The notes under the pieces are model-generated. The model had not been told where the DNA came from. It did not search any database and saw nothing but the letters and a program-made list of their open reading frames with translations. Positions 50,677 to 60,117 of a DNA stretch of 64,000 nt are shown here, piece by piece (the first letter of the stretch is position 1; each line of letters begins with the position of its first letter). The DNA comes from a virus (Duplodnaviria; Caudoviricetes). The stretch spans positions 1-64,000 of the IMG/VR virus record IMGVR_UViG_2563367173_000002. The stretch is one strand, 5' to 3'. The translations under genes were made by a program, and so were the position numbers.

Positions 50677-51591
50677 TCATTTTGAAATTGGCTTTTCCTT
50701 CTTAAATACTATTTCTTTTACACATTCCATGATTCTATTCTTGCCTATATTAAAAATCTCTTCATTATTCTCAATACAGATACATTTCCTACCTGTATTA
50801 ATAACAGCTACTCCAGTTGTCATACTGCCAGCAGTTGAATCAAGCACAGTATCACTCTCATTAGTATAAGTTTTAATAATTTCTTCTACTAACGCTACTG
50901 GCTTTTGAGTTGGAGTTAATGCACACTTTTGGGTATCCTTGGCGAATAGCCAAACTGATTTAGGAAATCTCTCTGTACTGTCATATGTATGATTTTTGAT
51001 TTCGTTGTAATTTGTTGACTGTTTACTATTTCTCTTATGTGATGCTGTACTAACTTTTCTGATATGCCCACTTGTCTTCTGCGGATTATATGTTGGCTGC
51101 TTCTTATAAAAAACGCACATATCCTCATGATTTCTCATTGGCATCCGATTAGCATTTTGAAATCCTGTAGGCTGAGTCTTCTCCCAAACGAGATTATACT
51201 TCCACATTTCTCGGTTACTTTCCATAAGATCAGCAGTAAACATACCGTTTGCAAATAAAATTATCGCTCCATTATCTTTGATAATTCTTTTATACTGAGT
51301 CCATAACCCTGTAGATTTATTTTCTTCAAAGTATATAAGTGCGCCGTTATAATCTGCTTCTCCTTGTTGATAACACCACAGAAGAAAATCATCTCTATAA
51401 AATATTCTTGGTTTTTTTCTAACTTCTATAGTTATGTAGTCATTAAATGGAATTACTATATCCCAAGAATTCCTGGCGGTCTGCCCGAAAGGGAGATCCG
51501 TAATAATTGCATCTATGGATTTATCAGGAATATTATTCATCAATTCCAGACAATCACCTTGCCATAATTCATAATTACTATTTTCAAATAT
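50677..51591 (-). CDS. N6/N4 DNA methyltransferase (DLPF variant); probable ATA start
   Basis: LWQGDCLELM upstream of the TTG at 51543; ITDLPFG, PTQKP, VLDSTAGS. Confidence 0.85.
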   Translation of the reverse strand: MFENSNYELWQGDCLELMNNIPDKSIDAIITDLPFGQTARNSWDIVIPFNDYITIEVRKKPRIFYRDDFLLWCYQQGEADYNGALIYFEENKSTGLWTQYKRIIKDNGAIILFANGMFTADLMESNREMWKYNLVWEKTQPTGFQNANRMPMRNHEDMCVFYKKQPTYNPQKTSGHIRKVSTASHKRNSKQSTNYNEIKNHTYDSTERFPKSVWLFAKDTQKCALTPTQKPVALVEEIIKTYTNESDTVLDSTAGSMTTGVAVINTGRKCICIENNEEIFNIGKNRIMECVKEIVFKKEKPISK

Positions 51592-51658
51592 TTTTCTTTT
51601 CCCAGAAAGGCATGAACATCTTACGGCTGCAGCACCTTTGTCCTTTCTGTATTATTTT

Positions 51659-51829
51659 TTATTCAATTTGATATTTGAAAGATAATGGACATCCACTATC
51701 TATATCTCCACCAAGGCACTCACCTTCACATAAACCACATTCATACTCTGGATACCCAGTGTCATGTTCATAGTAACTCTGTTCACAATATTCGCATTCT
51801 TCCCAATTCTGCTCATAAATATCTTCCAT
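51659..51829 (-). CDS. 56-aa acidic Cys-rich protein (not in ORF track)
   Basis: MEDIYEQNWEECEYCEQSYYEHDTGYPEYECGLCEGECLGGDIDSGCPLSFKYQIE*. Confidence 0.6.
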   Translation of the reverse strand: MEDIYEQNWEECEYCEQSYYEHDTGYPEYECGLCEGECLGGDIDSGCPLSFKYQIE

Positions 51830-51832
51830 AAG

Positions 51833-52423
51833 CTACGCCCTTTTATCTGCAATACATTTAATCTGATTCTCAATCTGTCGATACGTATCATTTGCAGTTA
51901 AAATACTTAATACAGCACTGGAAAGCATATTCTTTGTTGAAGAATCAAAGGTGTCCTTCATAGTTTTATTAATATCTTTCCTAATACCATCCATAAATTT
52001 GTCCAAATCAGCTTTAATCAAATCATCTACATTAAATGATCTATTAATATATTCTTCAAAAGATACTTGCTCAAAATCATCAGAATATGAAGAAGTTCTG
52101 CCTTTTTTCTTTGCTTTCAAAGTTTTAGACTCCAGACGATCTTTTAATTCCTTTTTAATATACTGCTCTACTGTATATTCTTTTTGCTCCTCATCATCCC
52201 AATAGCTATTACCACCAACCTTGATTACAGTATTTTTAATATACTCATCTACAAATTTCTGAAAGTTTGATGATACTGCATTATTTATTTCTTTCTTTGC
52301 CAACTCTTCAATTGTCTTATTTACGCTCTTTTTTACTTGCTCTTTAATAATTGTTTCAATATTATTTTCTGTAGTCTCTTTTACCAAAGATTCTAAATTT
52401 TCTAAATCAATTGTTACTTTCAA
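51833..52423 (-). CDS. hypothetical protein
   Basis: AAGGAGG RBS. Confidence 0.7.
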   Translation of the reverse strand: MKVTIDLENLESLVKETTENNIETIIKEQVKKSVNKTIEELAKKEINNAVSSNFQKFVDEYIKNTVIKVGGNSYWDDEEQKEYTVEQYIKKELKDRLESKTLKAKKKGRTSSYSDDFEQVSFEEYINRSFNVDDLIKADLDKFMDGIRKDINKTMKDTFDSSTKNMLSSAVLSILTANDTYRQIENQIKCIADKRA

Positions 52424-52456
52424 AATATTCCTCCTTAAATTTTGCTTTGAAACAGA

Positions 52457-53179
52457 TTATTTATTGTCTAGCCAATCTTTATATTGTCGAATAAGTTCTG
52501 TATACAATTCTTCGTCATTCATGTTCTCCATATCTTTAACTGAAATGAATCCAGTATTATCACACTTTCTACCTGGCATGTTATCTAAAGAACGTAGATA
52601 AGTAAATGATTCATTTCCAATTCCAACAAATTGAACAAACATATTATATTCAGATAATTCTCTTATAATTTTATCTGTTTCACTCTGATCTGAATTCGCT
52701 CCATCTGTAATAAAAATTATAAATGCAGGTATATCATTTAAACTAGTTTTGTTATAATATTTGACTATATCTCTCAATACTGGCGCATATTCTGTTCCTC
52801 CCATACACATGCCAGATTTGACCATAATATTTTTAACATAATCTTCATAATTATTAGTAGTTACTGATTTTAGTTTCTTTTTTTCGTTAGAAAACAACCA
52901 TGATTCTAATTCACCATTATCATCAAACCGTAAAGCAATTGGAAGCAGTCTTGTAATAGTTCTTTGTATAGCCCCACTACAAAATAGTTTATCCATACTT
53001 CCAGAATAATCCATAGCAAGTGCTACTTTCGCGATATGCTTGGATAAATTTACTTTACCTTCTTTTGATAAATTCACCAAAACCTTATCTAAATTATCTT
53101 TTGATTTTGACAAATTGATTATTACACTCTTTTGAGCATTGTCAACTTCCTTGTTGAAAAACTTTCCTAATAATCCCAT
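52457..53179 (-). CDS. vWA-domain protein (TerF-vWA-like)
   Basis: MIDAS DYSGSM, FDDNG, GGT.YAP, FITDG, QFVGIG. Confidence 0.85.
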   Translation of the reverse strand: MGLLGKFFNKEVDNAQKSVIINLSKSKDNLDKVLVNLSKEGKVNLSKHIAKVALAMDYSGSMDKLFCSGAIQRTITRLLPIALRFDDNGELESWLFSNEKKKLKSVTTNNYEDYVKNIMVKSGMCMGGTEYAPVLRDIVKYYNKTSLNDIPAFIIFITDGANSDQSETDKIIRELSEYNMFVQFVGIGNESFTYLRSLDNMPGRKCDNTGFISVKDMENMNDEELYTELIRQYKDWLDNK

Positions 53180-53297
53180 AATAAGAATCCTTTCTGATGT
53201 ATTTATTTTATAATATCTATAATAATAAAGTGCCAAATTTAATAAGGTCTGACACAATGACCTCTAAAAATAGCTTTAAAATCTCGATTTCATGTCT

Positions 53298-53345
53298 ATA
53301 CCATATATAGCAATCGCTTGTATAGTCAAGCACCATATATGGTAT
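53298..53345. promoter_or_regulatory. tandem NrdR-box pair
   Basis: CCATATATAG at 53301 and CCATATATGG at 53333 (32-bp offset). Confidence 0.55.
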
Positions 53346-53349
53346 ATTT

Positions 53350-54252
53350 TTATTGTTCAGACACTATCTTTTTGAACATTTCATCTACAGAATCCAATAA
53401 ATCATATCTCCTATTAAAATCAGCAGTAGAACTTCTTGCAAATTTCTGTTCAACCATATCAATGTAATAAGTCATTGAACCGTCATCCCCCATATAGAAT
53501 TCATCCCACTCTTCCTGACTCATTAATCGCTGAACTTCAAGCTGTTCAATAGCAAGATTATCAAAACTCACTACTTTGAAACGCTCAATGATTCCACCAA
53601 GATTTTCTTTCAGCCACATTTGCTTAATAATGATATTTTCGTGATCCTCACTATACCATTCACCACCACGCCTTAACTGCTTATATCCAAGGATAAGCAT
53701 CTTCAAATTCTTATCAGATAACATTTCTACGTCTGAAGGCTTGAGAATACCGTTAATCACATGTATAACTGCATTTGGATATTGCTGAATTAGTGATATA
53801 AATTCATCTGTTGGATTTACAAGTGACACACCAAGACCATATATCAATTTTTCATCAACCAACTTCTTAATCAATTCCTGTTTCTGCTCAAAGTGTTGCT
53901 GGTTTACGGTCATATTCACAATGACTTTTCTATCCTTTAGCTTATGTAAAAACGGAATCAAATCTGGATGACTTGTTGCATCACCACCACCAAGCGCAAC
54001 CTCCTGATATGGATGCAAAGTCTCGATAAACTTTTGATTCAGAATATCACCATGCTTACCATTTTTTGTGCTACCTTCATGGCAGAATTTGCAGCCCATA
54101 TCACAATAATTACTTATCTTGATATCCATATTCTCTGCAAACTCAGGAATAAATTCATCATCTTCTGTCTCTCTTATTTTGGTTCCGTCTGAAAATATGC
54201 GTGTACGCATATTCCCATTCTTATAAATTCCCAACAGATTCATTTTTATCAT
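53350..54252 (-). CDS. radical SAM protein
   Basis: CDMGCKFCHE, ALGGG, NMTVN, SFDNLA. Confidence 0.9.
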   Translation of the reverse strand: MIKMNLLGIYKNGNMRTRIFSDGTKIRETEDDEFIPEFAENMDIKISNYCDMGCKFCHEGSTKNGKHGDILNQKFIETLHPYQEVALGGGDATSHPDLIPFLHKLKDRKVIVNMTVNQQHFEQKQELIKKLVDEKLIYGLGVSLVNPTDEFISLIQQYPNAVIHVINGILKPSDVEMLSDKNLKMLILGYKQLRRGGEWYSEDHENIIIKQMWLKENLGGIIERFKVVSFDNLAIEQLEVQRLMSQEEWDEFYMGDDGSMTYYIDMVEQKFARSSTADFNRRYDLLDSVDEMFKKIVSEQ

Positions 54253-54262
54253 CCTTTCTTAA

Positions 54263-54676
54263 TTAGCAATAACCATATTCACCAAATGCAACAATTTTAT
54301 CACCATTTTTGGAAGTGTATCTCTGTACAAATGTTTCTAAATCGCCATCATGCATATATTGGTCATACGTCTTTGCGTCTTCATCAATAATGTCATTCTC
54401 TTTTGCATATTTAGTATAATATTTCTGTTTTGTATCCTCAGACAAATCATTCCAATCTTTCTGAAAATCGTCTTTATTTTCTTCATAATCTTCTTGTGCC
54501 ATTTTTTTATCATGTTCACTTAATTTTGTTGCAGATATAAAATTTTCTTCTCCATATTCATGAAATAATACTTCTCCTCTTTTCCAAGCCTCAAATTCCT
54601 CTTCACTGCACATAGTAAGTGAATGTGTGCTGCTACTATTTGTTTCAAATACTCCACGCCTTATTTGTCTCTTCAT
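54263..54676 (-). CDS. TNSSS-motif protein 1
   Basis: MKRQIRRGVFETNSSSTHSL; GGAGG RBS. Confidence 0.8.
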   Translation of the reverse strand: MKRQIRRGVFETNSSSTHSLTMCSEEEFEAWKRGEVLFHEYGEENFISATKLSEHDKKMAQEDYEENKDDFQKDWNDLSEDTKQKYYTKYAKENDIIDEDAKTYDQYMHDGDLETFVQRYTSKNGDKIVAFGEYGYC

Positions 54677-54692
54677 AAAATAAATTTCCTCC

Positions 54693-55139
54693 TTAATCAC
54701 AATCTGTTTTTAATGACACATACTTATTGAATACAAAATTGATAACCGCATCCTCATCATAAACATTGACAATTTCAATATTGCCACAGGGCCGCGACTG
54801 ATGATCAATCTCTGGTTCCTGTTCTCCTAAAATCTTAATTCCTGTCGCACCTGTATATTTACAAATAGCATCCTGAATTTCTCTAAATTCCCACTTGTCA
54901 TAAATATCAGATATATCATATCCTGACAGATAATATAAACAAGTAATCAGATAGGAAAGTTTGTCATATTGTGATGTATAAATACGTTTGTCTTTTCCAA
55001 ACTGTCCAAAATCAATTTCTATTTCTCCATCCTTATTCAGTTTGAATTCACTCGGTTCCTTGCCCTCATTAGAAATAACCAAACTGTGAACCGAAGACGA
55101 ATTTGTTTCAAATACACCTTTTCTAATCTTCCTTTTCAT
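54693..55139 (-). CDS. TNSSS-motif protein 2
   Basis: MKRKIRKGVFETNSSSVHSL; GGAGG RBS. Confidence 0.8.
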   Translation of the reverse strand: MKRKIRKGVFETNSSSVHSLVISNEGKEPSEFKLNKDGEIEIDFGQFGKDKRIYTSQYDKLSYLITCLYYLSGYDISDIYDKWEFREIQDAICKYTGATGIKILGEQEPEIDHQSRPCGNIEIVNVYDEDAVINFVFNKYVSLKTDCD

Positions 55140-55149
55140 TGATCCTCCC

Positions 55150-55863
55150 TTAATCCTCTCTTGGATATTCATGAACAATCATATCCATATTTACTAGCCC
55201 TGTTTGCTTCATATTGTCCCAATAGCAATATTCATCACCGTCTTGAATGACGACATATTTCTTATTTATAAGATATTCTTCAAGAGAAATACCTTCATGC
55301 TCTAAAAATCCACTTAGAATATCTTCATCAACATATCCTGTGCATGGTATGTCATAATGCCACCAGCCATTTGAAGATTTCCAATACTCAATTTCAAAAC
55401 CCCAATCCTTTTCTTTCTGTGATAAATATTCTTTTAGTTCATCTTCTGTCTTACCATACTTCTGATAATAGTCATCGTTTTTATGTTCTTCATCATTTTT
55501 ATCTACAATACTATCACTGTCCATTGGCAGTTTGATCTTTTTAAGACCTGGTATATATTTCAATGCAAGTGCAACGAGTTCTTTATAAACATCATCATTA
55601 TAGTCATGAACCAACGAAGCACACGCATACAACCATTTATCTGTAAATGTTCCCAAAGCCCTAAATGGACTCCTACCAAATTCCAAATCGTGATCCCAAG
55701 GCTCCCAAACACAAGATTCCTCGCCTGTATCTTCATCTTTACATAAATATATTCCGTCTAAAATTTCTTCTGGAGTATATTTATCATCTCTCTTCATAAC
55801 TGTTAAACTATGCATAGAACTCGAATTTGTTTCAAAAACATTTCTTCTAATCTGTCTCTTCAT
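55150..55863 (-). CDS. TNSSS-motif protein 3
   Basis: MKRQIRRNVFETNSSSMHSL; AAGGAG RBS. Confidence 0.8.
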   Translation of the reverse strand: MKRQIRRNVFETNSSSMHSLTVMKRDDKYTPEEILDGIYLCKDEDTGEESCVWEPWDHDLEFGRSPFRALGTFTDKWLYACASLVHDYNDDVYKELVALALKYIPGLKKIKLPMDSDSIVDKNDEEHKNDDYYQKYGKTEDELKEYLSQKEKDWGFEIEYWKSSNGWWHYDIPCTGYVDEDILSGFLEHEGISLEEYLINKKYVVIQDGDEYCYWDNMKQTGLVNMDMIVHEYPRED

Positions 55864-56752
55864 ACTTCTCCTTTTTCTCAAAAATCAGCTTATCCATATT
55901 AAATCCAGCAGCTCCCTTATGACCTCCACCACCATATTTCTTTGCAATGTTAGAAACATCCACAGTTTTTGAATACATACTATATGTCCATGTACCATTC
56001 CTTCCATTGAATGAAAATGGCATTAAAATATCATATGAATTGTCATCCACAGATTTAAACCAATCACTACCAGCAAGTCCAACATTCATTGCATACACTT
56101 TATATCCCTCAAATTCTGTTTCAAAACCTTTGGACTCGCAGTATTCTTTTGCAAAACTATCACGATACTTGATGATTACTTTTCTTTCTTCAATATATTT
56201 ATTCTCTGCATCATCATCTAAAAGGTTATACCAAATCTCGTTATCTGGGCTTTTATCGTATGCATCAAATCCCATATGAAAATATCTTGTATCATCACCA
56301 TATTCAAAAGCCCATACATCATAATCAGCGATATATTTTGTAAACATAGGTGCATCTTTTGTCATAGAAATATTAAATTTTTTCGGATTGCCACCTCCTC
56401 TTTCAGTCATATGATGTAACCAACAATATGTAAGCATACAACCGGCTATCCCGTCATATCTAATTCCACGAATAGGAATTTCAAAATCCGTATATCTTTC
56501 TATTGCTGATTTATGATGATCAATCCAGGTTACATCTTTTGTTATTTCTAACAGTTTTCTCATTTCGTCTGGCATAATTGAATAGTCAACAATATATACC
56601 TGCTCATTAGGATTTATCTTGTCAAAAGAAAATTCCATTCCATAATTGATAGGAATAAATTCTGACTCATATCCATCATATACTCCTGCACTTAAATACA
56701 CCCAAGATGCAGCACATTTCCCATCATCATCTACATGATAAAAACATTTCAA
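55847..56752 (-). CDS. DHH/DHHA1 phosphoesterase
   Basis: YHVDDDG, IVDYS, WIDHH, GGGGHKGAAGF. Confidence 0.9.
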   Translation of the reverse strand: MKCFYHVDDDGKCAASWVYLSAGVYDGYESEFIPINYGMEFSFDKINPNEQVYIVDYSIMPDEMRKLLEITKDVTWIDHHKSAIERYTDFEIPIRGIRYDGIAGCMLTYCWLHHMTERGGGNPKKFNISMTKDAPMFTKYIADYDVWAFEYGDDTRYFHMGFDAYDKSPDNEIWYNLLDDDAENKYIEERKVIIKYRDSFAKEYCESKGFETEFEGYKVYAMNVGLAGSDWFKSVDDNSYDILMPFSFNGRNGTWTYSMYSKTVDVSNIAKKYGGGGHKGAAGFNMDKLIFEKKEKYEETD

Positions 56753-56767
56753 ATTATCAAACCCTCC

Positions 56768-58135
56768 TTAAAATTTTATCCAACCATCTCTAACACCTGT
56801 CATCCAATAAACCAAATCATCTTTATTATTTTCTAATTCTCCATCTATAACACGTTTCAGTATCTCATTTAACCAATACCCAATATCTTTACCTTCTTTG
56901 AGTTTCATCACCTCTTTTACATCGTTACCATTAACCGCTAAATCCTTTAATGAGAAACAAGATTTCTCAGATAATATTTCTTCAAGAATATTTTCTATAT
57001 TATTTATTTTCTCTATCCGAGATTCTTCATAATCCGGTTTTTGTCCTTTAATATCCGCTTTCCTGACTTCTAACAACCACCTAAACTGCTTTTCACCGAT
57101 TTTATTAAGCCATCTCTTAACGTACTTATTTCCTACCTCAAAAGTCGCATCATGATAATAAACAAGTTCTACTACATTATTTCTCGTTTCATTATCAAAC
57201 CTAAGACGTTTCATAATAGAGTCTGTAATTTCAGCACTTACCTTTCCGTGACCTTTAAAATGTCTAATACCATCTTCTCCATCTTGGTAGGAATATGGTT
57301 TGCCGAAATCATGAAAGAAAACAGCAAGTCTAACCACTAAATCATCAGACTCACATTTCTCTATTGCATGGACTGTATGATCAAATACATCATATGCATG
57401 ATATGGATTATTTTGTTGGAAACCTATCAAGTCTTTTAATTCTGGGATAAATAAGGAAAATACGTTTGGATATAAAACTAATTCAACACAGAATTGTTCA
57501 GAAGCAACTATTTTACAAAATTCACTATTAATTCTCTCAATTGAGATGTTCTTTAGTCTGTCATATTGTCGTTCTATTTCAAACATTGTTTCTGGGAGTC
57601 CTGCAAAACCTAGTTGTGCTTCAAATCTTATTGCTCTCAATATCCTCAAAGCGTCTTCGTTGAACCTGTCTTCTGCGGAGCCAACGCATCGAATCTTTTT
57701 ATATTTGATATCCTCCATGCCATTAAACGGATCAATTAAACCAGTTTTAGGATTGTATGCCATAGCATTAATCGTAAAATCTCTTCTCCGTAAATCTTCA
57801 ACCAGATTCTTTGTAAATGTTACATTGTCAGGTCTACGATTATCAGAATAATCTCCATCAATCCGATAAGTTGTAACTTCAAATGGTTCTTTATTTATCA
57901 GAATCGTTACTGTACCGTGTTGCAAACCAGTAGGAATAATTTCTTCATCAGGAAACGCTTTTAATATCTCATCTGGTGTGGCAGATGTGCAAATATCATA
58001 GTCGTGAGGTTTTCTTCCCAATACGCTATCTCTTACACATCCACCCACCATATATACTTCATGTCCGCATTTCTCTAATTCCTGTATGATGTAATTTACT
58101 GGTGCCGGAACTTCTACATTAATTCTTTTCATCAA
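56768..58135 (-). CDS. CCA-adding/poly(A) polymerase-family nucleotidyltransferase with HD domain
   Basis: VGGCVRD, DYDI, DLRRRDFTINAMA, EDALRILRAIRF, HD(FGK). Confidence 0.9.
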   Translation of the reverse strand: MMKRINVEVPAPVNYIIQELEKCGHEVYMVGGCVRDSVLGRKPHDYDICTSATPDEILKAFPDEEIIPTGLQHGTVTILINKEPFEVTTYRIDGDYSDNRRPDNVTFTKNLVEDLRRRDFTINAMAYNPKTGLIDPFNGMEDIKYKKIRCVGSAEDRFNEDALRILRAIRFEAQLGFAGLPETMFEIERQYDRLKNISIERINSEFCKIVASEQFCVELVLYPNVFSLFIPELKDLIGFQQNNPYHAYDVFDHTVHAIEKCESDDLVVRLAVFFHDFGKPYSYQDGEDGIRHFKGHGKVSAEITDSIMKRLRFDNETRNNVVELVYYHDATFEVGNKYVKRWLNKIGEKQFRWLLEVRKADIKGQKPDYEESRIEKINNIENILEEILSEKSCFSLKDLAVNGNDVKEVMKLKEGKDIGYWLNEILKRVIDGELENNKDDLVYWMTGVRDGWIKF

Positions 58136-59075
58136 TATTTACCTCAATTTGTGGAGTTTCAATAAACTTAGCCAATAATCCTTCGTGGTAAAAAATTTTG
58201 TCATTTTCAGTAACATCTTCTCCAAGAAACTTTCTTAAAACAAATGGTAACGCATAATTATCTAAACATTTAAACTCTATCTCTGTATTATCATTCTCAT
58301 CAATAATTTCTTTATAATATCCATCTGTCTTAACAATTTTATGAAGTATAAACAATTCTGTTTTTAACGGAACAGGCATATCTTTCATACCATTGCGAAT
58401 TGCAAACACGATTCTTTCTTGCTTATTTTTGTCCATATCAGACACATCAACCACAATTTCATCATTGGAAAAGAATACAACACGATCCATTGAAATAAAC
58501 ACTTCTGTTAAATATGTCAATGCACCATCCATAAGGTATTTTTCGTATGTGATATGTCTCTTAGGATTACAATTACCCAAAATAACCTGACGAATATATT
58601 TACTATTGATTATGTGCTGATTACCTGTATATCTCCCAATAAACTCTTCCCAAGATTCTGCTCCACCAAAAATATCTGAATTGTAATGATGTAAAGAAGA
58701 AAAATTAGCTTTTCTCATATCAATGCTGATAAAACATTTACCATCATTTGAAGACTTAAATATATCTTTATTTGGAAGATTTTTATGTGTAACAGCATAC
58801 TTGTTCATATCCTCTTCATTAAACTTATGATATGCTTCTGTATTTTTAATATCCAAAATAGCAGCATCTTTTACACGATTATATTCTTCAAAATAATCCT
58901 GTTCACAATTATATTTGGATAGTTCGCTTAAAAAGATATCCCACTTTTCAAGTGTCCCATAAAACTTATCATATAGTGCCAATATATCAGTAAAATATGG
59001 TTCCTGGAATATCCTGATTGGAATATTACAATCTTTACAGAACCTCTCTTTTGCTCTTGTAGATACTTCCATCAT
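58119..59075 (-). CDS. hypothetical protein with polymerase-palm-like motifs
   Basis: FISIDMRKANF and VFFSNDEIVV resemble polymerase motifs A and C. Confidence 0.65.
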   Translation of the reverse strand: MMEVSTRAKERFCKDCNIPIRIFQEPYFTDILALYDKFYGTLEKWDIFLSELSKYNCEQDYFEEYNRVKDAAILDIKNTEAYHKFNEEDMNKYAVTHKNLPNKDIFKSSNDGKCFISIDMRKANFSSLHHYNSDIFGGAESWEEFIGRYTGNQHIINSKYIRQVILGNCNPKRHITYEKYLMDGALTYLTEVFISMDRVVFFSNDEIVVDVSDMDKNKQERIVFAIRNGMKDMPVPLKTELFILHKIVKTDGYYKEIIDENDNTEIEFKCLDNYALPFVLRKFLGEDVTENDKIFYHEGLLAKFIETPQIEVNIDEKN

Positions 59076-60100
59076 ACCTCTCCCTTCACAATTCTCTCAT
59101 TCACATACATCTTAAATTCATTAATTCTTTTATGATCTGGCACATTAGGAAGAGATGTATTGTTTTTAGCATAATCAAATCTCTTCTCATATTCATTCAA
59201 CAAATCATAAAATTCAGTAATCGGTTGTTTATTTTCATCTAAAAACTCACCGTTGCGAATACTCATAAGTAAGTCATGTTCATCCGTCCTATATGTGATG
59301 ATTTCTTCTTTTTCAAGAATATCAATACACATCATATAAAGACGAATCAAGTGAGCCATATGCTTCCCCAACTTGTCATGACTGATCGCTTTCTCGTTTC
59401 GTTTGTCAATTTTGTTATAACTGCTTACAATCGCCTTCATTTCATTCCACATACCAGTCCAATCTCTCAAAGGATAATGTTTCAAACATACGTCCATAAA
59501 AATCTCGCTATCATATCCTTCTTGGACTGCTGTATCAATATATAACTTTACATCACTCTCATCATGTGGATAATATCTGTTTTTGAAATCATATTTTGCG
59601 TTATTGATACTTTTTAAAATATACGCTTCGTTCTGTGCCTGACCAACTAATCTTGCGGCTTTATTTTCCATCCTACGGAGTTGGCTACCGGCATATCCAC
59701 CAAATGTATGAATACAGATTTTAGATAGAAACATTTTTCTATTTTCCAAAAGTTCTCTTCCAACACTTGATAAATGTAGATAATGTTCTGGCTTGCAGCC
59801 CAAAATTTCCACTGTGTTAGGATTGTTGGATGTAAGTAATTGAATCATTTTATTAAATGAATATATCGTAGTGTCAGTATCTGCATTCACGACCTGCTCA
59901 AAATCTGTTCCTAACAGAATGTCTTTCTTAGAATTTAAGGCGATACCTCGCACATCTAAGTCAGATCCTTCTTTATCCATTCCATAAGCGTGACTTCCTC
60001 CAAGAGTTAAGAGAATGATGTTATCACCTAAATTCTTATCTTTTCTCAGGAAGTCATATTCACTTGTTTTCAATTTCTCTTTAATCTGTTCAATATTCAT
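59072..60100 (-). CDS. Pol-beta-superfamily nucleotidyltransferase (YcgL/RlaP-like)
   Basis: GGSHAYG..SDLDVRG, NPNTVE, KHMAHLIRL. Confidence 0.85.
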   Translation of the reverse strand: MNIEQIKEKLKTSEYDFLRKDKNLGDNIILLTLGGSHAYGMDKEGSDLDVRGIALNSKKDILLGTDFEQVVNADTDTTIYSFNKMIQLLTSNNPNTVEILGCKPEHYLHLSSVGRELLENRKMFLSKICIHTFGGYAGSQLRRMENKAARLVGQAQNEAYILKSINNAKYDFKNRYYPHDESDVKLYIDTAVQEGYDSEIFMDVCLKHYPLRDWTGMWNEMKAIVSSYNKIDKRNEKAISHDKLGKHMAHLIRLYMMCIDILEKEEIITYRTDEHDLLMSIRNGEFLDENKQPITEFYDLLNEYEKRFDYAKNNTSLPNVPDHKRINEFKMYVNERIVKGEV

Positions 60101-60117
60101 TCTCTCAATCCTCTCTT

